Origin: Eledone cirrhosa
Taxonomy: Eukaryota
Reading direction: 5' to 3'
NCBI GenBank assembly: GCA_964016885.1
Contig: OZ024741.1
Coordinates: 338,706,001 to 338,770,000, forward strand
DNA: 64,000 nt
The notes beneath the pieces are model-generated. The model was given only the letters and a program-made list of their open reading frames with translations, had not been told where the DNA came from and did no database searches. Shown piece by piece: positions 31,823 through 42,829 of the stretch. The translations under genes were made by a program, and so were the position numbers. Each line of letters starts with the position of its first letter. Position 1 is the first letter of the stretch.

Positions 31823-32390
31823 ATGGCTAACTCAATATTTTCATTTGTCCATCTCCATGTCTGTTTCCCCACCTTTCTCTCCTGACCCCCACCCCTCAAC
31901 AATCGCCCGACATTTGGAACGCTACTATGAACATTTTCTTAATGTTTGTTTAACCTGAATTTAGATTTCTTTTAACCAAAGATCTCTCTCTCACTCAGTC
32001 AGTCCTTTTCTTTCTCACTCTCACTTTCTGTCTCACACTCACTCACTCTCTCACCCACTCTCACTCACTCTCTCACCCACTCTCACTCTCCCCTCATTCA
32101 TTCATTCATTTTTTACCATTTCCTTCTTTCCTACTCTACCCCCACCACCTTCTTGTTTTCTTTCTTTTTTATATTTAAATTTATCTCATTCTCACCTCTC
32201 TCTCTGTCTCTCTCCCTCACACGGTCTCCCTCTCTTACTTTCCCTTTCTCTCTCTCACATCATCCCCCCACTCCTATCTCTCTCTCTCTCCCTCCATCCA
32301 CTCTTCGCTCTCTCTATCCACTCCTCTCTCTCTCCCTCCTTCCAACCACTTCTCTCTCCCTCCACCCACTCTTCTCTCTCTATCTATCCA

Positions 32391-32459
<69 letters not shown>

Positions 32460-32789
32460 ACTCGCCTCTCTATCTATCCACTCCTCTATCTCCCTCCCAA
32501 ACAATATATGTATGTGTTATCTGTCGTTCTTGCTGATATTTCCCATCACTGTAAAACATCGGACATTGTTGGTGAGTAGGAACTTTCAACAGCTGCTGCT
32601 ACTGCTCTTCTCATCCTTCAATTCTTCCATCCTTCCTTTTCTTTCTTCCTTCCTTATCACCCTTCTCTCCTATTCTTCCTCTTTTTAATAATTATTTCCG
32701 TTTTTTCTTTTGTTTTCCTCAATTTATTCAAAATATTTCTCCTTCTCATCCTTTATTCCAGTGATAATGATCATGATGATAAAAATGGG

Positions 32790-33680
32790 GCTTGGTAGAA
32801 ATGTTGTGGTGGTGGGCCTTGGTGGTAATGGGCCATGGTGGTAGTGGTGTTGTTGGTGGTATATCTTGGTAGAAATATTATCAGTGGTGGATCTTGGTAG
32901 AAATATTATCAGTGGTGGTGGTAGTGTATCTTGGTAGAAATGTTATCAGTGGTGGTGGTGGTGGATCTTGGTAGATATGTTATCAGTGGTGGGGTTGGTG
33001 GTGGTGGTGGATCTTGGTAGAAATGTTATCAGTAGTGGTGGTGGTGGTAGATCTTGGTAGAATTGTTATCAATGGTGGTGGTGGTGGTGGTGGTGGTGGT
33101 GGTGGCAGATATTGGTAGAAATGTTATCAGTAGTGGTGGTGGTATATCTTGGTAGAAATGTTATCAGTGGTGGTGGATCTTGGTAGAAATGTTATCAGTG
33201 GCGGTGGTGGTGGCGTATCTTGGTAGAAATGTTATCAGTGGTGGTGGTGGTGGTGATGGATCTGGGTTGGAATGTTATCAGTGGTAGTGGTGGTGATGGA
33301 TCTTGGTAGAAATGTTATCAGTGGTGCTGGTGGTGGTGGATCTTGGTTGGATTGTTATCAGTGGTGGTGGTGCTGGTGGTGGATCTTGGTAGAAATGTTA
33401 TCAGTGCTGGTGGTGGTGGATCTTGGTTGGATTGTTATCAGTGGTGGTGGTGGTGGTATATTTTGGTAGAAATGTTATCAGTGGTGGTGGCGGTGTTCCT
33501 TGGTAGAAATGTTATCAATGGTGGTGGTGGTGGTGGATCTTGGTAGAAATGTTATCAGTGGCGGTGGTGGTGGCAGCGGCGGATATTGGTAGAAATGTTA
33601 TCAGTGGTGGTGGTGGTATATCTTGGTAGAAATGTTATCAGTGGCGGTGGATCTTGGTTTGTATGTCATCAGTGGTGGTG
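32790..33680. repeat. Minisatellite with variable (GGT)n
   Basis: atcttggtagaaatgttatcagt(ggt)n, about 20 copies. Confidence 0.9.
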
Positions 33681-33984
33681 GCCATGTTATTTAGACCTAA
33701 GTCAGCCTTCATGGAGTGGACCAATCATCAAAAGCTTTCTTTCATTTAGGGACAGTGTATAAAACACTAATTTAAAAAACAATAAGTAAATAAGATAAGG
33801 TGTGACTTGGGGGAGATTTGATTGTTATTTCTAGGAAGTCTAGTAACCATGTAGAGGTTCTCTCGTTAAAGATGTAGTCAACCATATATATAATGATGTT
33901 TGATGTTTAACTTTGGTGAAAAAGAGAGAGGAAAATAATTTAACAGCCTAAAGTAAGGGTAAATGCGGAGGGACCCGCAGACTC

Positions 33985-35782
33985 TATACACCTTCTTGGT
34001 AGTATATCTCCATTGTGGGTGGGAGGGGTATTCTCTGCACCCCAGCATAGCTGGTGTATCTCAGATGTGTGTGCGCATGGCAGACTCAACATCCCCAGTT
34101 ATATGTGGTATATCTCTACTGTGTCACTCTATACCAGTCTAGGTGGTATATCTCCATCGTGGGAAGGAGGGGCTCACACTCTGCACCCCAGTCTAGGTGG
34201 TATATCTCCGTTGTGGGAAGGAGGGGCACACACTCTGCACCCCAGTCTAAGTGGTATATCTCCGTTGTGGGAAGGAGGGGCTCACACTCTGCACCCCAGT
34301 CTAGGTGGTATATCTCCATCGTGGGAAGGAGGGGCACACACTCTGCACCCCAGTCTAAGTGGTATATCTCCGTTGTGGGAAGGAGGGGCTCACACTCTGC
34401 ACCCCAGTCTAGGTGGTATATCTCCGTTGTGGGAAGGAGGGGAACACTCTGCACCCCAGTCTAAGTGGTATATCTCCGTTGTGGGAAGGAGGGGCACACT
34501 CTGCACCCCAGTCTAGGTGGTATATCTCCGTTGTGGGAAGGAGGGGCTCACACTCTGCACCCCAGTCTAGGTGGTATATCTCCGTTGTGGGAAGGAGGGG
34601 CTCACACTCTGCACCCCAGTCTAGGTGGTATATCTCCATTGTGGGAAGGAGGGGCTCACACTCTGCACCCCAGTCTAAGTGGTATATCTCCGTTGTGGGA
34701 AGGAGGGGCTCACACTCTGCACCCCAGTCTAGGTGGTATATCTCCATTGTGGGAAGGAGGGGCTCACACTCTGCACCCCAGTCTAGGTGGTATATCTCCA
34801 TTGTGGGAAGGAGGGGCTCACACTCTGCACCCCAGTCTAGGTGGTATATCTCCATTGTGGGAAGGAGGGGCACACTCTGCCCCCCAGTCTAGGTGGTATA
34901 TCTCCATTGTGGGAAGGAGGGGCTCACACTCTGCACCCCAGTCTAGGTGGTATATCTCCGTTGTGGGAAGGAGGGGCTCACACTCTGCACCCCAGTCTAA
35001 GTGGTATATCTCCGTTGTGGGAAGGAGGGGCTCACACTCTGCACCCCAGTCTAGGTGGTATATCTCCGTTGTGGGAAGGAGGGGCTCACACTCTGCACCC
35101 CAGTCTAAGTGGTATATCTCCGTTGTGGGAAGGAGGGGCTCACACTCTGCACCCCAGTCTAGGTGGTATATCTCCGTTGTGGGAAGGAGGGGAACACACT
35201 CTGCACCCCAGTCTAGGTGGTATATCTCCATTGTGGGAAGGAGGGGCTCACACTCTGCACCCCAGTCTAGGTGGTATATCTGAGTTGTGGGAGAGAGTGG
35301 TAAATTCTATACCCCCTGTCTAGGAGGTATATCTCAGTTGTGAGAGGGGGAGGGGCAGACTCTACACCCCAGTTTAGGTGGTATATCACAGCTGTGAGAG
35401 GGGAGGGGCAGACTCTACATCCCAGTTTAGGTGGTATATCTCAGTTGTGAGAGGGGGAGGGGCAGACTCTACACCCCAGTTTAGGTGGTATATCTCAGTT
35501 GTGAGAGGGGGAGGGGCAGACTCTACACCCCAGTTTAGGTGATATATCTCAGTTGTGAGAGGGGCAGGGGCAGATTCTACACCCCTGTCTAGGTGGTATG
35601 TGACAGGGAGTGGCAAACTCTACACCCCAGTCTAGTTCGTATATCTGATCTGTGAGAGGGAAGGGAAGACTCTACACCACAGCCTAGGTGGTATAACTCA
35701 GCTGTGATCTAGTAGACTCTACATTTCAGTTTATGTGGTATATCTCAGCTGTGTCACTGCACCCCAGTCTAGGTGGTATACC
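33985..35782. repeat. 54-bp G-rich minisatellite
   Basis: cccagtctaggtggtatatctccgttgtgggaaggaggggctcacactctgcac. About 21 homogeneous copies (34135-35280) with diverged copies on both sides. Confidence 0.95.
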
Positions 35783-36015
35783 TTAGCTGTGCCCCAGGGT
35801 GAAGGTACTGCTGCAGAGAACAACCTGTAACACTTGCTGCATCAACCACCCCATCTCATGGGGCCCCTTTCTCAAACAGGATGCACTCCTCCTAATTTTC
35901 GGAGGAAAACGGCAGTTTTGAGGACCGAGGACACTTGAGGTCTTGATGGTGACCGACTCGAAAAGGAAACAGTCTGTCACATCCCGGTATTTAGTTATCT
36001 TTCTTTCCTCTGCAT
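35783..36015 (-). mobile_element. Decayed CRE-like RLE C-terminal fragment
   Basis: EERKITKYRDVTDCFLFESVTIKTSSVLGP...GWLMQQV; homologous to 570-790 on the plus strand. Confidence 0.6.
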
Positions 36016-36659
36016 TACTGGTTTTGTTAATGGAACCTTTGTTGTTGGTAATGGTTGGTTGAGGTTTTGAGAAAGTGAGAGAGAGTATTATTGATGAAGG
36101 GGAAGGTTGTATCAGTGTGGTTGTGGCTGTAGGGAGCTAATTGGTTAAAGGACTGTTCTTTGTTGTTGTTGTTGTTGAATAGAGTGTGGTGTGTGGTTCG
36201 ATGTGGCAGGGTCAGCCCTAATGTTTTTATCTCTTAGGTAGAGAGAAGGGCAGTGCACATGTTGCTTTTCAAGGCGCCTGAGACTGATGAGAGAGAGAGG
36301 AAGGTACCCATAAATTTGTGACCTGCTTCGAATGTCCACTAAAGAGATCCAGGGCCAGACAGGATGTTAACCAGATCCTGACCATCTTGTCTTCCATTAA
36401 AGGGACCCCAGGGTTAGGTAGTGTTAAACCATGTGGTGATGACCAGGTAGTGGTGTTAAACCAAGTGGTGATGACCAGGTAGTGGTGTTAAACCATGTGG
36501 TGATGGCCATTTTGTTATTTTAGTATTTTAGGAACTAAATTGTATATTGTGCTTTCCATGAAAAAAAAAAGATATATAGGATGTGATTTGAGCAGGATTT
36601 GGCTGCTATTTCTAGCAGCTCTAGTAATCCTGTATAGACTTCCTCATCTTGTCTATGCG

Positions 36660-37110
36660 TGTTTTTGTTGGTGCTGTTGTTATTAGTAGTGGTGGTGTGG
36701 TTGTTGTTAGTAGTGTTGATGGTGTTGGTATTGTTAGTGGTGGTGCTGGTGTTAGTGGTTGTGGTGATGTTGGTGTTAGTGTTGTTGTTGTTAGTAGTAG
36801 TGTTGATGGTGTTGGTATTGTTAGTGGTGGTGGTGTTGATGTTAGTGTTGTTATAGGTGGTGATGTTATTAGTAGTGGTGGTGTGGTTGTTGTTAGTGGT
36901 ACTGTTGATGGTGTTGTTAGTGGTGGTGTTGGTGTTAGTGGTGATGTTGGTGTTATTGTTATTGGTGCTGTCGTTATTAGTAGTGGTGGTGTGGTTGTTG
37001 TTGTTATTGGTGGTGTTGTTGGTGTTAGTGATGTTGGTGTTGTTAGTTGTGGTGCTGCTGTTGTTAGTAGTGGTGTGGTTGTTGTTAGTGGTGATGATGG
37101 TGTTGTTGTT
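36660..37110. repeat. (GTT/GGT)n degenerate trinucleotide repeat
   Basis: Seen directly. Confidence 0.9.
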
Positions 37111-37417
37111 TGACGGGAAATGAGAAACAGTAAGGTCTTACTTTCCTATTCCAGTAAACTCCAATTGTGAAGTGAGAGGTGGTGTGTGTGGGGGTGGGTG
37201 GGAAGCCAGACAGCCGCATTCCTAATCTGACAACTTTTTATGTTTTTCTAATTCACTTTCTACGCTATGTCCCCCCTCCTCCTCCTCCATTTCTATACCC
37301 TCTTCTTCATTCTCTTTCCTCCCCTTTCTCCTTCACCCTCTCTTTCCTTCAATTTTTCCTCTCTCTTGATTATTTTTATTACTCCTGTTTTCTTTATCTG
37401 TCTCATTATTTCTTAAG

Positions 37418-37506
<89 letters not shown>

Positions 37507-37512
<6 letters not shown>

Positions 37513-37830
37513 CATCATCATCATCATCATCATCGTTTAACGTCCGTGTTCCACGCTTGCATGGGTTTGGACGGGGGTTTTCCCACTTGAGGCAAGAGTG
37601 ATTGTCTTGCTCGCATAGGACTGTCTGGCAGGTTTTCTACAGTTGGATGCCCTTCCTAACACCAACCACATTTACAGTGTGGGTCTGGGAGGTTTTTACT
37701 GTGTTGCCTACACGGCCACATTACAGCGTGGACTGTGTGTTTTTTTGTTGTGACACCTACACGATCTCATTTGTTTCGGCCTGGATGGTGTGGCACCAAC
37801 ATAACTTTACATAGAAAGGGGCGGTGTGGA
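37507..37830 (-). mobile_element. RTE-tail-type short retroposon with (ATG)n tail
   Basis: Near-identical to 25231-25430; follows a (CT)n(TA)n tract. Confidence 0.75.
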
Positions 37831-38191
37831 TGGGGTGGGGGTATATATATTTATATATATATATATTACTTTACACACACACACATTTTCTCACACATCC
37901 ACATTCACACATGCACACGCACCATTCACTTTATTTTCTATCTTTATTTCACACTTGTAATATGGTTAATATAGATTGTTTTGTTCAGTTGCACTTTTGT
38001 ATTGTGTGTGAGTGTGTGTTTGTATGTATGTGTGTGAATGTATGTGTTTGTGAGTGTGTGTATGTTTGGCAAAAATCACTTAATATTAGACTAGATAATG
38101 TGTGTAAGTGAAATTTCCTTGACCCTATCTGAAACCTCTCTTTAACATTCATTTAAATAATTGTTTTTCTGTTGTTTGTAGGTTGTGGAAT

Positions 38192-38926
38192 ATGTATCCT
38201 GGTCAGTCAGTCTACACAATGAGCCAGAAATTCTCCTGTGACCAATGTCAAGAAACATTTCCCTTGTACGACCTTTTAAAGGCTCACATTCGTTCAGCCC
38301 ATTCCTTGGCTTCACAACAGCAACGTAGTTACCGATGCACAATCTGCAACAAAGCTTTCACACAGAGAACAAATCTGCGCACTCATGAGAGGGTGCATTC
38401 TGGTGAAAGACCTTACAAGTGTGCAATGTGTTCAAAGGCATTTTACCAACGTACCAATCTGCGAAATCACATACGAACTCACACAAATGAACGGCCTTAT
38501 ATATGCACTGTATGTGGCCGTGCCTTCACTCAACGGGGTAACTTGTACCTTCATGAAAGAATTCATTCAGGTATTCGTCCGTTTCAGTGCAACATTTGCG
38601 ACCGAGCATTCTCACAGAAGGGAAACCTTAAAAGCCACCAGCGCACACACGAGCGCAAGAAAGATGCAAGCAAAAGCTTTTCTAAAGTTGAAGGGAACAA
38701 CATTACTGCTTTTGTGTGTGGTCAGTGTGGCAAAGCATTCCAGCGTCAGTCATTGCTGAAGTGTCACGAGAAAACACACCAGCTTGAACAGCAATTACTG
38801 AAACAGAAAGAAATTGAGGACAAAAGTGAAGAATCAGCATTGAATAATTACAAACAAAGTGGAATGTCTCAGGCCGTCTTTCCTGATACGGCATCACCTC
38901 TGCTCATGAGAATCACCACAAAATGA
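38192..38926 (+). CDS. C2H2 zinc-finger protein (6 fingers; 4 tandem Kruppel-type)
   Basis: Intact ORF with six C-x2-C-x12-H-x3/4-H motifs and SGERPY/TNERPY/SGIRPF linkers. Pyrimidine tract plus TAG acceptor at 38181 just before the ATG at 38192, so upstream exon(s) are likely. Confidence 0.9.
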   Translation: MYPGQSVYTMSQKFSCDQCQETFPLYDLLKAHIRSAHSLASQQQRSYRCTICNKAFTQRTNLRTHERVHSGERPYKCAMCSKAFYQRTNLRNHIRTHTNERPYICTVCGRAFTQRGNLYLHERIHSGIRPFQCNICDRAFSQKGNLKSHQRTHERKKDASKSFSKVEGNNITAFVCGQCGKAFQRQSLLKCHEKTHQLEQQLLKQKEIEDKSEESALNNYKQSGMSQAVFPDTASPLLMRITTK

Positions 38927-39274
38927 ACCTTTCCAACGACAAAAACAACCACAATCACATAAATCCCCATTATCTCTCTCTCTCTTCATACACACCTTTC
39001 TCTTCTTGCACTCCCCCCCCCCCTCTTCATACATATCTTTCTCTTCTTGCACTCTCCCCCTCTTTCTCTTGTACTCTATCTCTCTCTTACACTCTCTCTA
39101 TCTATCTATCTCATATATAGTCTTCTCCTCTCTCTTTCTCATACATACTCTCTTCCATCTTGATTCACAACTTCATTCATTTTCTAGTCAGTCTCACCTT
39201 TTCTCTGTTTTATTATCCCTAGCTTATACCAAATGTTTTTACTGCCATGTAAACACTGTATTATATCTTTGTTA

Positions 39275-39354
<80 letters not shown>

Positions 39355-39599
39355 CCACATACATGTGTATGTGTATATACTTATCATATGCTATATATGA
39401 CACTATGACATTCAACATGCAGCACCTTCCCTCATTACATTTTCACCAACATATCGCCATTACCTGTGTATATGATAGAGGCACAGTAACTGTGAGGGTA
39501 AAACATTGTCTGTGTATGAGGTAGAGGCATAGTCTGTAGTTGTTTGGATAAAATAGTTGATCACAGACTAAACAGACATGAGTTGAAAGCTTAGTAAAA

Positions 39600-39790
39600 G
39601 TTAGGGTATTGATTTAATGATTGTAAGGTTGAGGGTTCATTTTCCAGACTGGGCTGCACATTGTGTCCTTGAGCAAGACACTTCATTTATCATTGTTCCA
39701 GTCCACTCAACTGAAATAACTATGAGTGCCAGCAGCAGCATATGAAAGTTATCCTTATAATGAATTGGAGTCCCATCTAGGGGCAAGATA
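39600..39790 (+). mobile_element. tRNA-derived SINE (second family), adjacent to a hAT MITE
   Basis: ttagggtatt...gatt gtaaggttgagggttca...ttgtgtccttgagcaagacacttcattt...ccagtccactcaactg; same family as 40920-41069 on the minus strand. Confidence 0.65.
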
Positions 39791-39800
39791 AGCTCTAGTC

Positions 39801-40370
39801 CAGGGGTCTCAAACTCAAGGATTCAAAAGGAGGAACAGTGGACCAAAAGGGAGATGAAGTTGGGGAAAGGCGCGAGTTCTACCAGTTACAATGTTAATCT
39901 GCAATATAGCTGATAAGTTGCTATTTTTTAAAAATATCTAAATGTCTACACCAGTGATTCCCAACGTGGGGCGCACACCCACCAGGGGAACAATTTGAAT
40001 ATTTAAGGGGCCATTTGAAAATGATGTTAATGAGAACAACAAACCTCAGGTTTTACTTCATTACTTTTACACCAAGGCAACTTTGGTGCTTATTACTGTC
40101 AGAAACTCCTCCATATGTTATAGTGCATTTGGCACAACTTATATACCAATTTGTTTACACTTTGGAGTTGATCATTGCTGTTTTCGTGTCAGAGGGAGAG
40201 ATAACAATTTTTTTGATGTTGAGGTGGGGCATGGTGCACAAAAAGTTGGGAACCACTGGTCTATACATATGATGGAAAGTGGGATATGAGAATTAGTTCA
40301 AAATGTAGGGGGAACAAAGTTTTCTTAGCTATAGGAAGGTAATTTGCGGACCATGTGTTTGAGGCCCCTG
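39801..40370. mobile_element. hAT (Charlie-like) MITE
   Basis: TIRs caggggtctcaaac / gtttgaggcccctg; 8-bp TSD ctctagtc / ctctagcc. Confidence 0.85.
39952..40258. mobile_element. Nested hAT (Charlie-like) MITE
   Basis: TIRs cagtgattcccaac / gttgggaaccactg; 8-bp TSD gtctacac / gtctatac. Confidence 0.85.
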
Positions 40371-40644
40371 CTCTAGCCTAATAAACCTCTGGGAGAAATT
40401 TTAACTTCAATTAAATTTCTATCACAGGATCTTTGTCGTTTGTCCTATCAAGCTACATAACTCTGCTTGCCTTAGTTTACCTGACTATCTTTCAGAGTTG
40501 TCTCCCTTGTCAACGTTTATTACATTTCAGTACATTGTGTTAATATTGACTTGACTATGACAGGTTTCACTCATATTTCATGGTTGGGTGGCTTGAAGTA
40601 GGGAGGGAAATTCACTTGAAAAAAACAACTGTTACATATTACTG

Positions 40645-41069
40645 GTATAGTGACCCCCTTCAGTCACGAATGATCATGGGCTTGCACCTAGAAAGTTTCC
40701 CTCTGTGATACAAGACTGGGCAAGGTGTTTTTGTGGAAGACCAGCTGTCGTCCATCATGCCGGTCTCCCTTCTCCACACCACCGATGTTGTCCAAGGGAA
40801 ATGCAAAGGCCGTTACAACTTGGCTCCAGTGACATCATAACTCATATACCCACTATGTATACATTAAATACTGTATATATACACTGGGAAAGGCAAAGAC
40901 CGAAACAGCTTGGCACCAGTGACGTCGCAACGTCGTTTATACAGCTGAGTAAACTGGAGCAACGTGAAATAAAGTGTCTTGTTCAAGGACACAACACACT
41001 GCCCAGTCTGAGAATTAAACTCATGATTGTAAGCTCAACAGTCTAACTACTAGGCCATGTGCCTTCACA
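40645..41069 (-). mobile_element. tRNA-derived SINE with extended 3' body
   Basis: Minus-strand head gaaggcacatggcctagtagttagactgttg...gagtttaattc, core ttgtgtccttgaacaagacactttatttc. Confidence 0.7.
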
Positions 41070-41979
41070 CTACTGATATATGTGAAACAAGAGTATGGTT
41101 GATACACTGAATCAGTCACACAAGTGACAACAAATAAACTACATATATAATGAACCAATGAGTTCATTTGACCAACTAGAAATAGCAGTCAAATATCCCT
41201 CAAAGTATGCACTACATATATAATGAATCAATGAGGTCATTCAGCGAACTAGAAATAGTCAGATTTCCCTCAAATTACACACTACATATATAATGAACCA
41301 ATGTTGTCGATCAACCATTTAGAAATAGCAGCCAAATCTCCCTCAAATTACACTCTATTATCTTTGTAAAGGGAAGGATATGTTGCATATTGTAGTTTTA
41401 GATTTGCAATGTTTAACAAAAGGACTGGATGATCAAGACTGGAATGTTTTTCTTCCTGGTTCTGCTCAGTCAGGATGACCTAGGGCTAAACATCAACTCA
41501 ACTGGATGATCAAGATTGGTTTGCTTTTCTTCCTAGGTCTGTTCAGTCAAGCTGACCTAGGGCTAAACAACACCCCCATGATAATGTTAATATGTGGGAT
41601 TTTGAGATTTCATAAACCAGCAGTTGGAACTGCAACAAAGACAATAAACCACGTGCTAGAAATAGCAGCCAAATCTCCCTAAAATAACACAAAATCTTAC
41701 AAAGGAAAGAAACACAAAAGAATTAAGTGTTTAGTATCCTTTGATGAAAAAGAAAAAGAAAGAAAATGGAAGTATCATGACTATAATTGTTTTTATCATA
41801 AGTCTGCTTGCCTAATGCTGTCCTAGGGCTTAAACAACACTATACTAAATCTCCCTGAGAACTACATTAAGGGTACACGTGTCTGTGGAATGCTCTGCTA
41901 CTTACACATTAATTTCATGAGCAGGCTGTTCTGTTATGAAACAATTAGAACACATATGGGTAGAACTAATGGAGGCCAA

Positions 41980-42350
41980 ACAATACTACACTACACTACA
42001 ATACTATACTGTACACAACACTACACTACATCACATTATATTGTACACCACACTACATTACACTACACTATACTATACTGTACTATATTATACACTACAC
42101 TATACAATACACAACACTGTAGTACATCATAATAACTTGTAATATATTGTATACTATACTAAACTGTTCTATATGATACAGTACACTACATCATACTAGA
42201 CTCTACTAAATGATACACTACGCTATATCACTATACTGTACTATACTATACTGTACTAAGCTGTGCTATATGACACTAAACTACTATACTACACTATACA
42301 CTACACTACATCATACTATACTACACTCTACTATATGATACTATGCTACA
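41980..42350. repeat. (CTACA/CTATA)n pentanucleotide repeat
   Basis: Seen directly. Confidence 0.85.
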
Positions 42351-42829
42351 TTAAAATATCTCCAGGCTGTTACATCTCATTGAACTCAAATGTTAGTATC
42401 AACCACCAGAAACATATCACAAGCATCAACATTACTATTATCAAGGTTACAACTATCTCCATAACAACCAATATTGCTGTTACCATCGTTACAACTGTCT
42501 CCATAACAATTACAGCAACAACTATCACCTCTCCTTTTATCACTACCGCAACACCAACAACAATCACCTCTCCTTTTATGACCACTACAACAACCGCAGC
42601 AACAAGGACCTCTCATTTTATGATCACAACAACAATCACCTCCTTTTAGGACCACCACTACAACAATGATAACAACAACATTCCTAACTGTGTAATACCA
42701 GATAGAAAGATTCATTTCTTATCAACAGAACAATTTAACTAACCAATATGAATGTGTGGAAATATGAAAATATGTTGCCGACTTGATGTTAAAATTTATA
42801 TTCAATTGAAGCCACTCAGAGTATTATTA

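Noticed and set aside
34013-35616. Repetitive ORFs (HTLHPSLGGISPLWEGGA etc.)
   Set aside because: Translations of a 54-bp minisatellite, open in several frames on both strands, with frameshifting units
41140-41840. Dispersed ctagaaatagcagccaaatctccc / gggctaaacaac repeats (also ~5.7, 26.2-26.7, 31.0, 33.7, 36.6, 45.6 kb)
   Set aside because: Clearly a repeat family, but termini and class could not be defined by eye, so not annotated individually
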